From: Octopus sinensis | Lineage: Eukaryota | NCBI RefSeq assembly: GCF_006345805.1 | Contig: NC_043021.1 | Location: forward strand, 3,720,001 to 3,784,000 | Length of the DNA: 64,000 nt | Direction: 5' to 3' | In this document: one piece after another, positions 12,883 to 24,622 of the stretch | Layout of the letters: every line of letters starts with the position of its first letter | Position numbering within the stretch: position 1 is the first letter of the stretch | Notes under the pieces: model-generated | Database searches by the model: none | The model's input: the letters and a program-made list of their open reading frames with translations, nothing else | What the model was told of the DNA's origin: nothing | Position numbers and translations under genes: made by a program

Positions 12883-13494
12883 TGTGTGTGTGTAACTTCA
12901 TGCCCGTGCATTCCTACTCTCACAGACACATAACATACCTTATCTCAAAACAGTAAAATATACTACCCAGAGAAAGCTTCCCCCACCAGCTCCAAAAGCA
13001 CCATCACCACAACCACCACCACCAACAACACCCTCAATGCCACTACCGCCACCGCCACCACTACCTAACTATTATATCTCTCGTATAAACAAAAAAACAC
13101 AGAAACACAAATATAAAATGAATGACAGTTGCTAATGACGACGATTATTACCGAACACAAGAGGACCCTTTCTTAAACTAACTTGACCAAGAAGCTTGCA
13201 AACAGACGAAAATTGCTTTGAATCATTATTATTATTAATATTATTAATATTATTATTATTACTATTATTTACTTACTATCGTTTTTTAAAGCTGTGTCTG
13301 GAAAAGAAAGAAAAACCTATACAGGAAAAAAACAAGAAATCTACACGTTATTTTTCACTCTTTCTCGCTTTTAAACTTATTTTTTTCATACGCTAAAAGC
13401 AATAGCAAACCAACTTGTAACTTGACCGACCAAGCAAACACGTACAATATACGTAAGTTAGTGACGTAAACATCTTAAAACCTACGTTTCTGTG

Positions 13495-13880
13495 TGTGTG
13501 TGTATGTATGTATTAGAGCGGGTGCGTGTGGATGTATGAGTGAATTTACATATGTGTATTTTGCGTGTGTGTATGTATGTATGTATGTATGTATGTATTA
13601 GAGCGGGTGTGTGTGTGTGTATTAGAGCGGGTGTGTGTGTGTATTAGAGCGGGTGCGTGTGGATGTATGAGTGAATTTACATATGTGTATTTTGCGTGTG
13701 TGTATGTATGTATGTATGTATGTATTAGAGCGGGTGTGTGTGTGTGTATTAGAGCGGGTGTGTGTGTGTATTAGAGCGGGTGCGTGTGGATGTATGAGTG
13801 AATTTACATATGTGTATTTTGTGTGTGTATGTATGTATTAGAGCGGGTGCGTGTGGATGTCTGAGTGGATCTACATATGT
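13495..13880. repeat. Minisatellite built on TATTAGAGCGGGTG(T/C)GTG units
   Basis: About 9 copies of TATTAGAGCGGG, with a recurring longer unit. Confidence 0.85.
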
Positions 13881-14037
13881 GTATTTTGTGTGGGTGCGTA
13901 AGGATATGTGCGTGCTCGTGTGTCTTTATATGCATGCACGCATACGGATGAATGTATATGGGGATTTATACGTGTGTTTATGTGCGCACGTGTGGACCTG
14001 TTTTGTGTGTGCATCTCTACGTATTATGTACACATAT

Positions 14038-14068
<31 letters not shown>

Positions 14069-14613
14069 TACACTCACACAAACGCACACACTCACACACA
14101 CATACACACAAACGTGCTTGAAAATCAGTGCATCCGTAAATGTTAGTATATGTGAACATATTTGATATTTTGCGTGTTACTAAGTGTGTGTATGCAGGCG
14201 TGTTTGGGAGTCTTATGCGTTGGTAAGTGAGCGTATGTGTACGTGTGTGTGTGTATATGCATCCGCAAGTGTGTGTGTGTGTGTGTGTGCGTGTGTGTTG
14301 TCGCAGAGCCAATGAGGTGTATTTATATGTGCGTGCGGGCGTACCTACTGGTGCTGGGGTGGTCTGTGGCTATGGGTGGGTGTTTGTGTATACCTGTGAG
14401 TGTCAGGGAATCTACTAGATTTTTCTATTTTAGTTCTAATTTTAGTTTCCACTTTGTCTACACACACACACACACACAGATTTACGTAGTCAGTTTCTTT
14501 TTTGTTTTATATTTCTGATTTAGCATGTTTATTTTACTGTTTGGCTTGCTTATTTATTTAGACATCTGTGTAACTATCTGTTTATTTATCTCACTGCTTT
14601 TCGATTCACCTGT

Positions 14614-14628
14614 CTATCTATCTATCTA

Positions 14629-14703
<75 letters not shown>

Positions 14704-14716
14704 TTATTTATCTACC
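14614..14716. repeat. (TATC)n microsatellite
   Basis: Seen directly. Confidence 0.95.
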
Positions 14717-15876
14717 TATCTGTTTACCTGTCTGTCATTTCCTTCATAGACATAAGACTTCAAATTTAGAGGATGTCTAGCTGTTTTCGATTTCATCGAC
14801 CTCCCCCCTAGCGCTCAACTAGTATTTATTTTATCGATCCTTGAAAAATGAAAGACAAACCGGAGTTTGAACCCAGACTATAAAGGTTCTGAGGCACAAA
14901 GCCCAACATTTTGGGGGAGGGGGTCAGTCGATTAGCTCGACCCCAGTTCGCAACTAGTACTTAATTTATCGTCTCCGAAAGGATGAAAGGCAAAGTCGAC
15001 CTCGGCGGAATTTGAATCTATTCTGTCAATCCACTTACCATTTCTGTGGTACCCCACTTCCCTTGATGCCCTAAGCACGTGCTTATTTTGCTTAATGGTT
15101 CACCCGGCGCTGCCATTGCCACATACAGGGTGTTTTGAGCCTTTATAAATCTGGCAGATTTTCCAGTATTAACAAAGACATTACCGACTTTAGAGAGACG
15201 AAATTGTAGAAAGAAGATCAGTTGACCCCAGTATTGGATTGATACTTTACTGACACTGAAACAAAAATGTGAACGACAAAATTGATACTGGTATGATTTG
15301 AGCCAAGAGCACAAATTGAAACACTGCAATTTTGTATCAGATCCACTCGTGATTTTGCCAACAGGCTTCCTTATCAAATGTGCTGGTTATTAAATTATTC
15401 ATGTTAGTACTAAGGTCCACGTATCAGAGAGGAGCATGAGATAGACATGCACCTTCCTCTTGGACTATGATTCAGAACCCTTCCTTCTACCAGATACCCC
15501 TACAAAAGCAATAGAGAAATCTAAGGAGTGAAAGGTCTTAGGGAGGGGGGGCGGACAAAATCATAAACCTGAACTCCCAAAGTGATCAATGGTTATCACC
15601 AACATCTACAATGTCTCCTATCAACACCATCAAATTAACAGAATCTAGAAGCCGGGACTTATAATCGTTGTTTTAAAATCCACTTTTTAATGCCTGCATG
15701 GCTCCAACATATCAAAATGCTACACATTTAGCTAGCTTTTGCAGTGCTCGGCCAATTCTTGCGATTCACGAGTGTCTCAATGCACTCCATCTAGACCCCA
15801 CACTGCTGGTTTCCTCCGCAAAATTGGGATATAAGTGCGGCCCGTCTGAGAAGTGAGTCCCGCGAGGTGGGTTGGC

Positions 15877-16302
15877 GGCAATCTTTCGTCTCTAGTAGAC
15901 CTTTCCGTCGATTTCCGTAAAAAAATTTTTTTTTTTTACATATGGGCTTGCGGGAACTTTTGAAGTAATGACAGCGAAAGAGACTAAGAGAAAGCGATTG
16001 TATGACGAGGGAAGTTCTTTTGAAGTTACCGTGCGTGGGAAGCATTGATGTACATGTGTGTGTGTGTGTTTGATGGAGTGTGGGAGACAGACAGTATGTT
16101 GTGTAAGTGAAGTGCTTCTGTTAGTGTGTGTGAAGAGACAGAGAAAGTAATGTGCGAAAGAAAGAGATAACTGAAATGTTTTACTCGGTGTATGTGTATA
16201 TGTATGTATATTACTTCAAAAGTTCCCGCAAGCCCATATGTAAAAAAAAAATTTTTTTTTACGGAAATCGACGGAAAGGTCTACTAGAGACGAAAGATCG
16301 CC
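15877..16302 (+). mobile_element. Merlin-like MITE, copy 1 (~95-bp TIRs, 8-bp TSD)
   Basis: TIR GGCAATCTTTCGTCTCTAGTAGACC...; TSD GGGTTGGC at 15869-15876 and 16303-16310. Confidence 0.85.
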
Positions 16303-16628
16303 GGGTTGGCTGCTGCTGCAACGGGTGCCACTGGCCATTCTCCATGATAACGCCATCACTGTCAGGTTTACAGGGCGTGGCTGAACATGCCATTTCTTGT
16401 GGGGTGTACTCACTCCCTTTCATCTTCTGTTGCTTAATCTTCTACTTTTTTTTTCTTGTAATTAAATTCTAATTCAATCCCTATGTAAATAAAACTAATT
16501 AAAAATTTTTTAAAAAATGAACAATTGAACTACACATACTTTTAATCTTTTACTGGTTTCAGCTTTCGAGCTGTGATCATGCCGAGGCATCGCTATGCAA
16601 GCCTAAAACGAATAGGAATTTAGATATA

Positions 16629-17040
16629 GGATCTTTTCGGTTTGACCGGCAGTTTTTTTAAAACTAAACACTTTTAAACTTCGTATACTGGTAGAATGTG
16701 TTTATAAAACATCTTTTTCTCTTGGCTTTATTGAGAAAATTCTATAGTTTGTAAGATATTTGTTGTTTTTTTTCTTCAATTTCTGAAATTTCAACTAATC
16801 ACTGACGTCTATTGAGGTAAAAAAAAAATTCTGTGCCGTATGAATATGTCCCTCGTTTAAGAAACAGATTGGGTTTATTTACATTTCTGCAGAAAAAAAG
16901 ATACCCTTCCCCATACCTCTAACCCTAATCCTAACCCTAAAGCAGATTGAAATGCAATAGATCGATACTAGGGTCATAATTATGGGTAACAATTTCATAT
17001 GACACCGCTAGAAAAACTGCCGTTCAAACCGAAAAGATGC
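16629..17040. mobile_element. MITE with ~30-bp TIRs (GGATCTTTTCGGTTTGA.CGGCAGTTTT)
   Basis: The TIRs match with 2-3 mismatches; flanks are TAGATATA and TATATATA. Confidence 0.75.
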
Positions 17041-17296
17041 TATATATATTTATACTGTTTTATAGATTACACGAATCAGTATAATTGTATTACATTTTTG
17101 GACATGCTGGAAATTGACTTTAAAATTTGTGTTTAAGCACCTTTTTCAGTCCTGAGAAACTATTAAAATTACGATCATCTTAAATATAGTATGGAAGGCC
17201 ATTTGATCGTAGAAGCTACCTAATTCATTTTATCTTTATTTCTTATTGATTTATGTTTGTTTTTAAAAAGATATTTGAAAATTAGATCCAAAAGCT

Positions 17297-17724
17297 GGCA
17301 ATCTTTCGTCTCTAGTAGACCTTTCCGTCGATTTCCGTAAATTTTTTTTTTTTTTTACATATGGGCTTGCGGGAACTTTTGAAGTAATGAGAGCGAAAGA
17401 GACTAAGAGAAAGCGATTGTATGACGAAGGAAGTTCTTTTGAAGTTACCGTGCATGGGAAGCATTGATGTACATGTGTGTGTGTGTGTGTTTGATGGGGT
17501 GTGGGAGACAGACAGTATGTTGTGTAAGTGAAGTGCTTCTGTTAGTGTGTGTGAAGAGACAGAGAAAGTAATGTGTGAAAGAAAGTGATAACTGAAATTT
17601 TTTACTCGGTGTATGTGTATATGTATGTATATTACTTCAAAAGTTCCCGCAAGCCCATATGTAAAAAAAAAAATATTTTTTTACGGAAATCGACGGAAAG
17701 GTCTACTAGAGACGAAAGATCACC
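17297..17724 (+). mobile_element. Merlin-like MITE, copy 2
   Basis: TSD CAAAAGCT at 17289-17296 and 17725-17732. Confidence 0.85.
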
Positions 17725-18251
17725 CAAAAGCTTTTAAAGAAAGTTTACATCGTGTACAAAATGTAGGAGGAAGAGAGAGAGAGAGATAGACAGAGAGAGT
17801 TTATGAAATTATATACTAAATGTAATGCTAACAAAGGATGTTCCGTAACAATATTGCAGTCATTTAATCCTAAGTCGTTATTATTTTTGACAACTTAATA
17901 CGGTGGTTCTCGAACAAGTTGTGTCCACCTGTCCCAGTTCTCAAACAAGTTGTGTCCACCTGTCCCATGGTTACTAAAAATATAATTTTAGACTTTAGAA
18001 AACCCCTACTAATGCTTGAGTATCTTAAAACAAAAATTGTCATTAATAATTTTAACAGGATATGCAAAACTTTTCAGTTAATATATAGTTTATATATTAA
18101 CGGTCACCAAAACATAAAATAAAAACAGTCCGATAGGTGTAAAAAAATGTATAAAAAACCAACATGAAAACAAAAATTTGCGTAAATGAATGGGGTGTGG
18201 GATTTTTCCCTCATAATTTTCAGGAAAATGGAAATATATTAATGAAATTTT

Positions 18252-18676
18252 GGCGATCTTTCGTCTCTAGTAGACCTTTCGTCGATTTCCGTAAAAAAAA
18301 TTTTTTTTTACATATGGGCTTGCGGGAACTTTTGAAGTAATATACATACATATACACATACACCGAGTAAAACATTTCAGTTATCTCTTTCTTTCGCACA
18401 TTACTTTCTCTGTCTCTTCACACACACTAACAGAAGCACTTCACTTACACAACATACTGTCTGTCTCCCACACCCCATCAAACACACACACACACATGTA
18501 CATCAATGCTTCCCATGTACGGTAACTTCAAAAGAATTTCCCTCGTCATACAATCGCTTTCTCTTAGTCTCTTTCGCTGTCATTACTTCAAAAGTTCCCG
18601 CAAGCCCATATGTAAAAAAAAAAAAAAAATTTTTACGGAAATCGACGGAAAGGTCTACTAGAGACGAAAGATTGCC
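18252..18676 (-). mobile_element. Merlin-like MITE, copy 3 (reverse orientation), inserted in another dispersed repeat
   Basis: Same TIRs and interior, but no clean 8-bp TSD; AATGAAATTTT occurs near both flanks. Host repeat fragments at 18190-18250, 18677-18910 and 22120-22270. Confidence 0.8.
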
Positions 18677-18928
18677 GATATATGTCAATGAAATTTTATA
18701 GACATACCGTTCAAATGGCATAGATTACGATTATAAAGAAATTTCTGGAGAAAACTTTTTCCGAAGGGGTGGGGGAGAGGATTTCGGAAAATTCACACGA
18801 TCCGATTTTTTCCCTTCATAACTTTCAGGAAAATGGATATCTTCCAATGAAATTTTACAGAAACATCTTTCAAACGGTATAGATTACGATTATAAAGAAA
18901 TATAAAGGGGGGTGGGAAATATATACAT

Positions 18929-18965
<37 letters not shown>

Positions 18966-19727
18966 CATATATACCTTCGTCTTGGTAATTATTTGACGGC
19001 AACGATTCTAGAGAGGAGGGTATTACTTGGCCGACTCTATGAAGAACTTGTGCAACAAACTTTCTTCATGTTGAGAAATCATAAATAAATTATCTTTCAA
19101 GATATTGTTACAGATAGATACTTTATTCGAACTATTTATTAACCCCTTTTTCTATATTTTCTTTTATTGTAAAGTTTATAAAGTGAAATACGCCAGTAAA
19201 TTTTTGATTTGTTCTCTAATGTGCCACGAACTTGAAAAGACTGATAAGCACTGACTCAATAAGCTAAAAAGGGTTTCCAGTTTGTTTCATTTGATATTCT
19301 TCCTCCCTGAAACTATAGACTCGATGTGTTGATCCCTGAACTAGAGACGAAGTTTCAACTGAACCCATTTTGACAGCAACCCGCTTAAGACCGTCCCTGG
19401 TTCTATGATTCAAACTGGTTGTTTTTAAATTGAATTGAATCAAAACTTTACATCGGAATTTTATGTTAATCTAAATTCCAGAAACCAGGTTTATAATGGC
19501 AAAATTATTTTGTTAAATTCTTCATTAATTTTAAAGTTAGTTAAATGTGTAGCTTTGACAGAAATATGATTATAAAAGAGTGGTAGTTCTTGTACACGAA
19601 TCTTGAATGAAAACCGACTGAATTAAATACAAACAGTGCCATTTTCTGACATCTGTACAATTGCTCCATGTATCTATTGGCCCGATTCTAGTCTATGTAC
19701 GCTGTAGCTTTCTGCCAATGAATAAAT

Positions 19728-19962
19728 ACCTATTTCTTTATTACCCACAAGGGGCTAAACACAGAGGGGACAAACAAGGACAGACATAGTTATTAAGTCG
19801 ATTATATCGACCCCAGTACATAACTGGTACTTATTTAATCGACCCCGAAAGGATGAAGGAAGAGCGAAGTCGACCTCGGCGGAATTTGAACTCACAACGT
19901 AACGACAGACGAAATGCTGCTACGCATTTCGACCGGCGTGCTAACGTTTCTGCCAGCTCGCC
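19728..19962 (-). mobile_element. SINE family B
   Basis: Homologous to 9243-9460. Confidence 0.85.
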
Positions 19963-20157
19963 ATACCAGGAGCACCCAGTGCATGGATTTGCCCTGCTAA
20001 GAAGCCCCGAAAGCAAAAAAAAAAACAAAAAAACCACCGACTTTTGAGACAAGTAAATTATTTATAAGACAAAGAAATATACAACAAGGATTTCAAATTA
20101 GAAAATTACTATTTTAAAATCTCACGATGTGAGATATTCAGCAACAGTACTTTGTAG

Positions 20158-20546
20158 GGCGATCTTTCGTCTCTAGTAGACCTTTCCGTCGATTTCCGTA
20201 AAAAAAATTTTTTTTTACATTTGGGCTTGCGGGAACTTTTGAAGTAATATACATACATATACACATACACCGAGTAAAAAATTTCAGTTATCTCTTTCTT
20301 TCACACACACTAACAGAAGCACTTCACTTACACAACATACTGTCTGTCTCCCACACCCCATCAAACACACACGTCCATCAATGCTCCCATGCACGGTAAC
20401 TTCAAAAGAACTTCCCTCGTCATACAATCGCTTTCTCTTAGTCTCTTTCGCTCTCATTACTTCAAAAGTTCCCGCAAGCCCATAGGTAAAAAAAAAAAAT
20501 TTTTACGGAAATCGACGGAAAGGTCTACTAGAGACGAAAGATTGCC
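20158..20546 (-). mobile_element. Merlin-like MITE, copy 4 (small internal deletions)
   Basis: TSD CTTTGTAG at 20150-20157 and 20547-20554. Confidence 0.85.
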
Positions 20547-20800
20547 CTTTGTAGTAAAGATTGTTTGCCAACATAACATGGTAGTCCTGGTCTAGGACTA
20601 ACGTTGCTGTAATTTAGCCCCAGGAGCTGATTTAGCTGTTATTTAGCCCCAGGCTATACGACACTATCTGTGTCCTTATAAGGACACAGATAGTGTCGTA
20701 CAGCCAGCTCTAGACGATGTCTCCTGGGGCTAAATTACAGCAACGTTAGTCCTAGACCAGGACTACCATGTTATGTTGGCAAACAGTCTTTAGTACAAAG
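20547..20800. mobile_element. Foldback (almost fully palindromic) element
   Basis: 80-bp arms at 20547-20626 and 20721-20800 with 2 mismatches, plus a perfect 44-bp central palindrome at 20657-20700. Confidence 0.85.
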
Positions 20801-22844
20801 ATTTCAAAGGTAATTTGCTTTTGAAGAACTCGAGTTTTAATTTTTTTTAATGGTGAAACTGAAAAAAGGCAAATGAAAGAACGTTTCTGTGGAATTCTTG
20901 CGTTCTTCATAATTTCTATTTTCTTTGTCTATTCTTTTACTGTTTCCTTTGGTTCTTTGTTTTTACGTTTATAAATTTATTAGTATAATGAGAGAAAATA
21001 TTTACCAGGATATTAAGACATGGTGAGTCTGTCTATAATACTCAAAAACTGCACTTTCTCTCAGATGGTTCTTAGGCATTCTTAGAATTTCGTGAATTTT
21101 ACTACTGAATAAATCTTCCCCACTATTCATGTTAAAACATATATCTCTCTGTTAACTAAACTATCATGCCATAACCGTTTCATTTATTTGAAAAAGACAA
21201 ATTTGCAACAAATCGAATGAATGAACTTCTAATTTCCCCTTAGTGTATTAATTAACCTGGGGAAATAAGAAGTTTGTTCATTCATTTCATATTGATGACG
21301 ACGTATCAGTTGGACAAAATAAATGCCTGGAAAAATATGTGTTCATTATAAAATCGATAATCGACCTTCATCTGCTCTACGAAGTCCAAGAAGGGATAAT
21401 AGATAATAATAACAACACAGAAGAAAAATATTAGATTAATAAGACCAGGGATTAATAACTTTCGAGTTGTACTTGTTTGGCAAGTGACTTCGTCTGATAT
21501 CGATGTTGAAACCGAAATAGTCACAAATACTATGTAATTATTTAAACTATTAAACCAAGGGGAAACCCCCCCCCCTACAAACGTTATGTCAACTTTTATT
21601 TTTCGTTTTGTTATATTCTAGTAAAGTATTAAGGGGTCCAGTGGATTATTTCATTGACTAAGGTCCTACATGTGCATCGACGTTCTTCGTAGGACATAAG
21701 TAAAATTAAATCAAATAAAGGTGAAATTGCATATAAACGATAAAAATGTTTCGAATTGCTATCGTTGCAAGGGTACAAATTTAATTAGTTTTAGTATTTT
21801 AAACTATTTGATTTCAATTTGTCGTACTTGATAGCTACTTTTTTTTATCTACTAAGCATCCTCTGTAACGTATTTGTGAACGCATTTCGGTTGCATTTTA
21901 ATTTTTAATTTATTCGCTTTTAATTTATTTTAATTTATTCGCTTCACTCAACAAAGCCGAGTGGAACTTGTTAGCAAAAAATAAAAAAAAAGCTACATTA
22001 TGAGAAAATAAAAACTTTTGGTTAATGTTGACTTTAATTCACCAAAACAAAAAAAGTGTAATAGGTTTTTAAAAATGTGTATTAAATGAATCTTAAACAA
22101 AAATTTGAGCCAACGAACCTGGTGGTGTGGAGAGGACTCTCGGAAAATTCTCAAGATCCAATTTTTTTCCCTCGTAACTTGGGAAAATGGATATCTTGCA
22201 ATGAAATTTTATATAAATACCTTTCAAACGGCATAGATTACAATTATAAAGAAATTTGTATGTAACCTTTTTGGTTAATGTTCACATCTTGACCCAGAAA
22301 TGAAAAGTAACTGGTATACCAGCTAATAAAACAATTATTTTTTGGGCTGAATATTTCTTACTGGTAATCATTCCTCTTCCACCATTCTAAAATTAGAGGA
22401 GTACATATTTAGGGTTTAGTGAGTTGGGAAATGTATCCTGCCAAAGGAACAGAAGACAGGAGTTGCGGTAATAATAATAATAATAATAATAATGAAATTA
22501 TTGTATACAGTGCTCAGGTGCACCACAACTTGTCAGAAAGTGCATATAAAGTACATGCAGTAATGTAAAAATGTCTGGAAAGCGAACAATGTATGAGTCA
22601 GATACATGTCTGTGTGTGTGTTTGGAGGGGAGAAAATCAGGTGTAGTGTTGGCGAATCTCAGGAAGCATGGAAGTTTTGAAGGATGCAGTGCTCCGACAA
22701 CTAACAACTGATGCCGGCAGTTTGTAAGTTTGGAACTCCTCACGTAACAGCCGTTGCTTTTTTGACTAAGTTTTGTTTGTCTCTTTTTCATTTTAGATTT
22801 GGATTTTCTAATGAAATAGAAGAGTTACAGAGGTTCTTTTCATC

Positions 22845-23308
22845 ATGAGTGACTCATTTGATGAGCATAGAAACAGCACTTTCACCTTGGAAGAAGACAA
22901 CCTTCCTTTGCAGAAACTCATCAAACAGAAAAAGGAGGAAAATGTAGAAGAAACCACCATAAAAGACTACATATCTAAAATGGCTTCCGAGATCCCAGAC
23001 CATATCTTCCACTATGACTGGTTTCAAGAGGAGGAAGATCTCTCGGTGCAATTTATTGCAATTGCTGAAAAGCTACTGCCCACTTTGATTTTGGGTGTTG
23101 AGAAGCTCTTGAGGGAAGTTGAGAAAAAGGGACTGACCGAAGACAAGAATGTCTGCCCAAATTTCAACCCCTTGAACTTCCTTGCCCAGTTCATGCTGCG
23201 GAATCATCCTCGGAACCTTAGCGTGTCGGAACGATCAGCTTATATCAAGATGTTGCAGCATGTTACCAAAAAGATAAACAAGCAGTTTAGCAGTGAAAAA
23301 AAGAAAAG
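22845..23308 (+). CDS. EFCAB5: EFCAB5 (EF-hand calcium-binding domain protein 5), coding exon 1, with an N-terminal Dpy-30/RIIa-like dimerization/docking motif
   Basis: ATG at 22845 with in-frame stops upstream. AEKLLPTLILGVEKLLREVEKK...FNPLNFLAQFMLRNHP resembles recalled human EFCAB5 [21 protein letters not shown]...FDPINYLGEYLIRNNP. Phase-2 donor AG|GTTAAT at 23309; TTTTAG acceptor at 22796. Confidence 0.9.
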
Positions 23309-23435
23309 GTTAATTTTTGTTCTTCTCCATATTTCCATAATTGAATTTTATCCTCGTAAGAACCATTATCATCATCATCATTTAGTGTCTGTTTTCCATG
23401 CTGTCATGGGATGGACAGTTTGACAGTATCTGGCA

Positions 23436-23660
23436 GGCGGTGAGCTGGCAGAATCGTTAGCACACCGGGCGAAATGCGTAGCTGTATTTCGTCTGCTGTT
23501 ACTTTCTGAGTTCAAATTCCGTCGAGGTCGACTTTGCCTTTCATCCTTTCGGGGTCGATTAAATAAGTACCAGTTACATACTGGGGTCGATACATAATCG
23601 ACTTAATCCGTTTGTCTGTCCTTGTTTGTCCTCTTTGTGTTTAGCCCCTTGTGGGTAATA
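23436..23660 (+). mobile_element. SINE family B in EFCAB5 intron 1
   Basis: Homology to family B; AGTATCTGGCAGG is duplicated at both ends. Confidence 0.85.
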
Positions 23661-24280
23661 AAGAAATAAGTATCTGGCAGGTTGGAGGACTGTTCATGCT
23701 CTGAACCGAATTTATAGAGTCCTAGGTTGCTGATTGGAATATTCATACCTTGTATTCTGTCACAGGTGTTACAGGTACAACACTGACTTTCTGGAATCAG
23801 ATGGTTCAGAACCTCTTATGATCTGTACTAATTAGCACTAATATACAGGTATCTGTATTTCATTTAATTCATCATCACCATCATCATCTTTTGACATCTA
23901 GCTTCCTTGTTGGCACGAACGGTTTAACCAGAGCTGGACCAGGTTCCAGTCTGATTTGGCTTGGTTTCTATGGCTGGATGCCCTTCCTAATGCCAACTAC
24001 TTTATAGTATGTGCTGGGTGCTTTTAATGTAGCACTGACATGAGCACTTTTACATGACACCAGCATGAATGCTTTTTATGTGAAATCAACACGGGGGCTC
24101 TTGCAGGCCAATCCTCCTCATCATACACAGGGAGGGAGCTGTGTGTGCATGCATTTCTGTATATGTGTGTATGTGTGCTTATCTACAACTATCTATGTGT
24201 GTGTGTGTACATGTGTATGTGTGCTTATATGTGTGTGAGTGTGTATATGTGTGTGTGTATGTATATATGTGTGTGTCTGT

Positions 24281-24622
24281 GTGCATGGCTCAGTGGTTAG
24301 AGCGTTGAGCTTACGATCGTGAGGTTGTGAGCTCGAATCCCGGACCGGGCTGCGTGTTGTGTTCTTGAGCAAGGCACTTTATTTCACGTTGCTCCAGTTC
24401 ACTCAGCTGTAGAAATGAGTTGCGACGTCACAGGTGCCAAGCTGTATCGACCTTTGTCTTTCCCTTGGATAACACTGGTGGCGTGGAGAGGGGAGGCTGG
24501 TATGAATGGGCAACTGCTGGTCTTCCATAAACAACCTTGCCTGGACTTGTGTCTAGGAGGGTAACTTTCTAGGTGCAATCCCATGGTCATTCATGACCGA
24601 AGGGGGTCTTTACCCCTTACCC
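24281..24622 (+). mobile_element. tRNA-derived SINE family D (GCATGGCTCAGTGGTTAGAGCG; body TTCTTGAGCAAGGCACTTTATTTCACG)
   Basis: tRNA-like head. Related copies at 39189-39505, 37383-37675, 32960-33255, 60577-60822 and 63108-63288. Confidence 0.8.

Noticed and set aside
16915-16942. Telomere-like CTAACCCTAA
   Set aside because: Only 2-3 imperfect units inside a MITE; not an interstitial telomere.
21009-21028. Strong donor ATG|GTGAGT as an EFCAB5 start-codon exon
   Set aside because: Splicing to 22797 meets TAA in frame, and the 22831 acceptor is out of phase. It could at most be a UTR exon, and nothing else supports it.
21762-21775. Possible RFX X-box (GTTGCAAGGGTAC) upstream of EFCAB5
   Set aside because: The match to the X-box consensus is too poor to claim.
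23309-23423. C-terminal part of the 192-aa ORF
   Set aside because: It is read-through past the donor into intron and a (CAT)n repeat; EFCAB5 similarity continues in exon 2.
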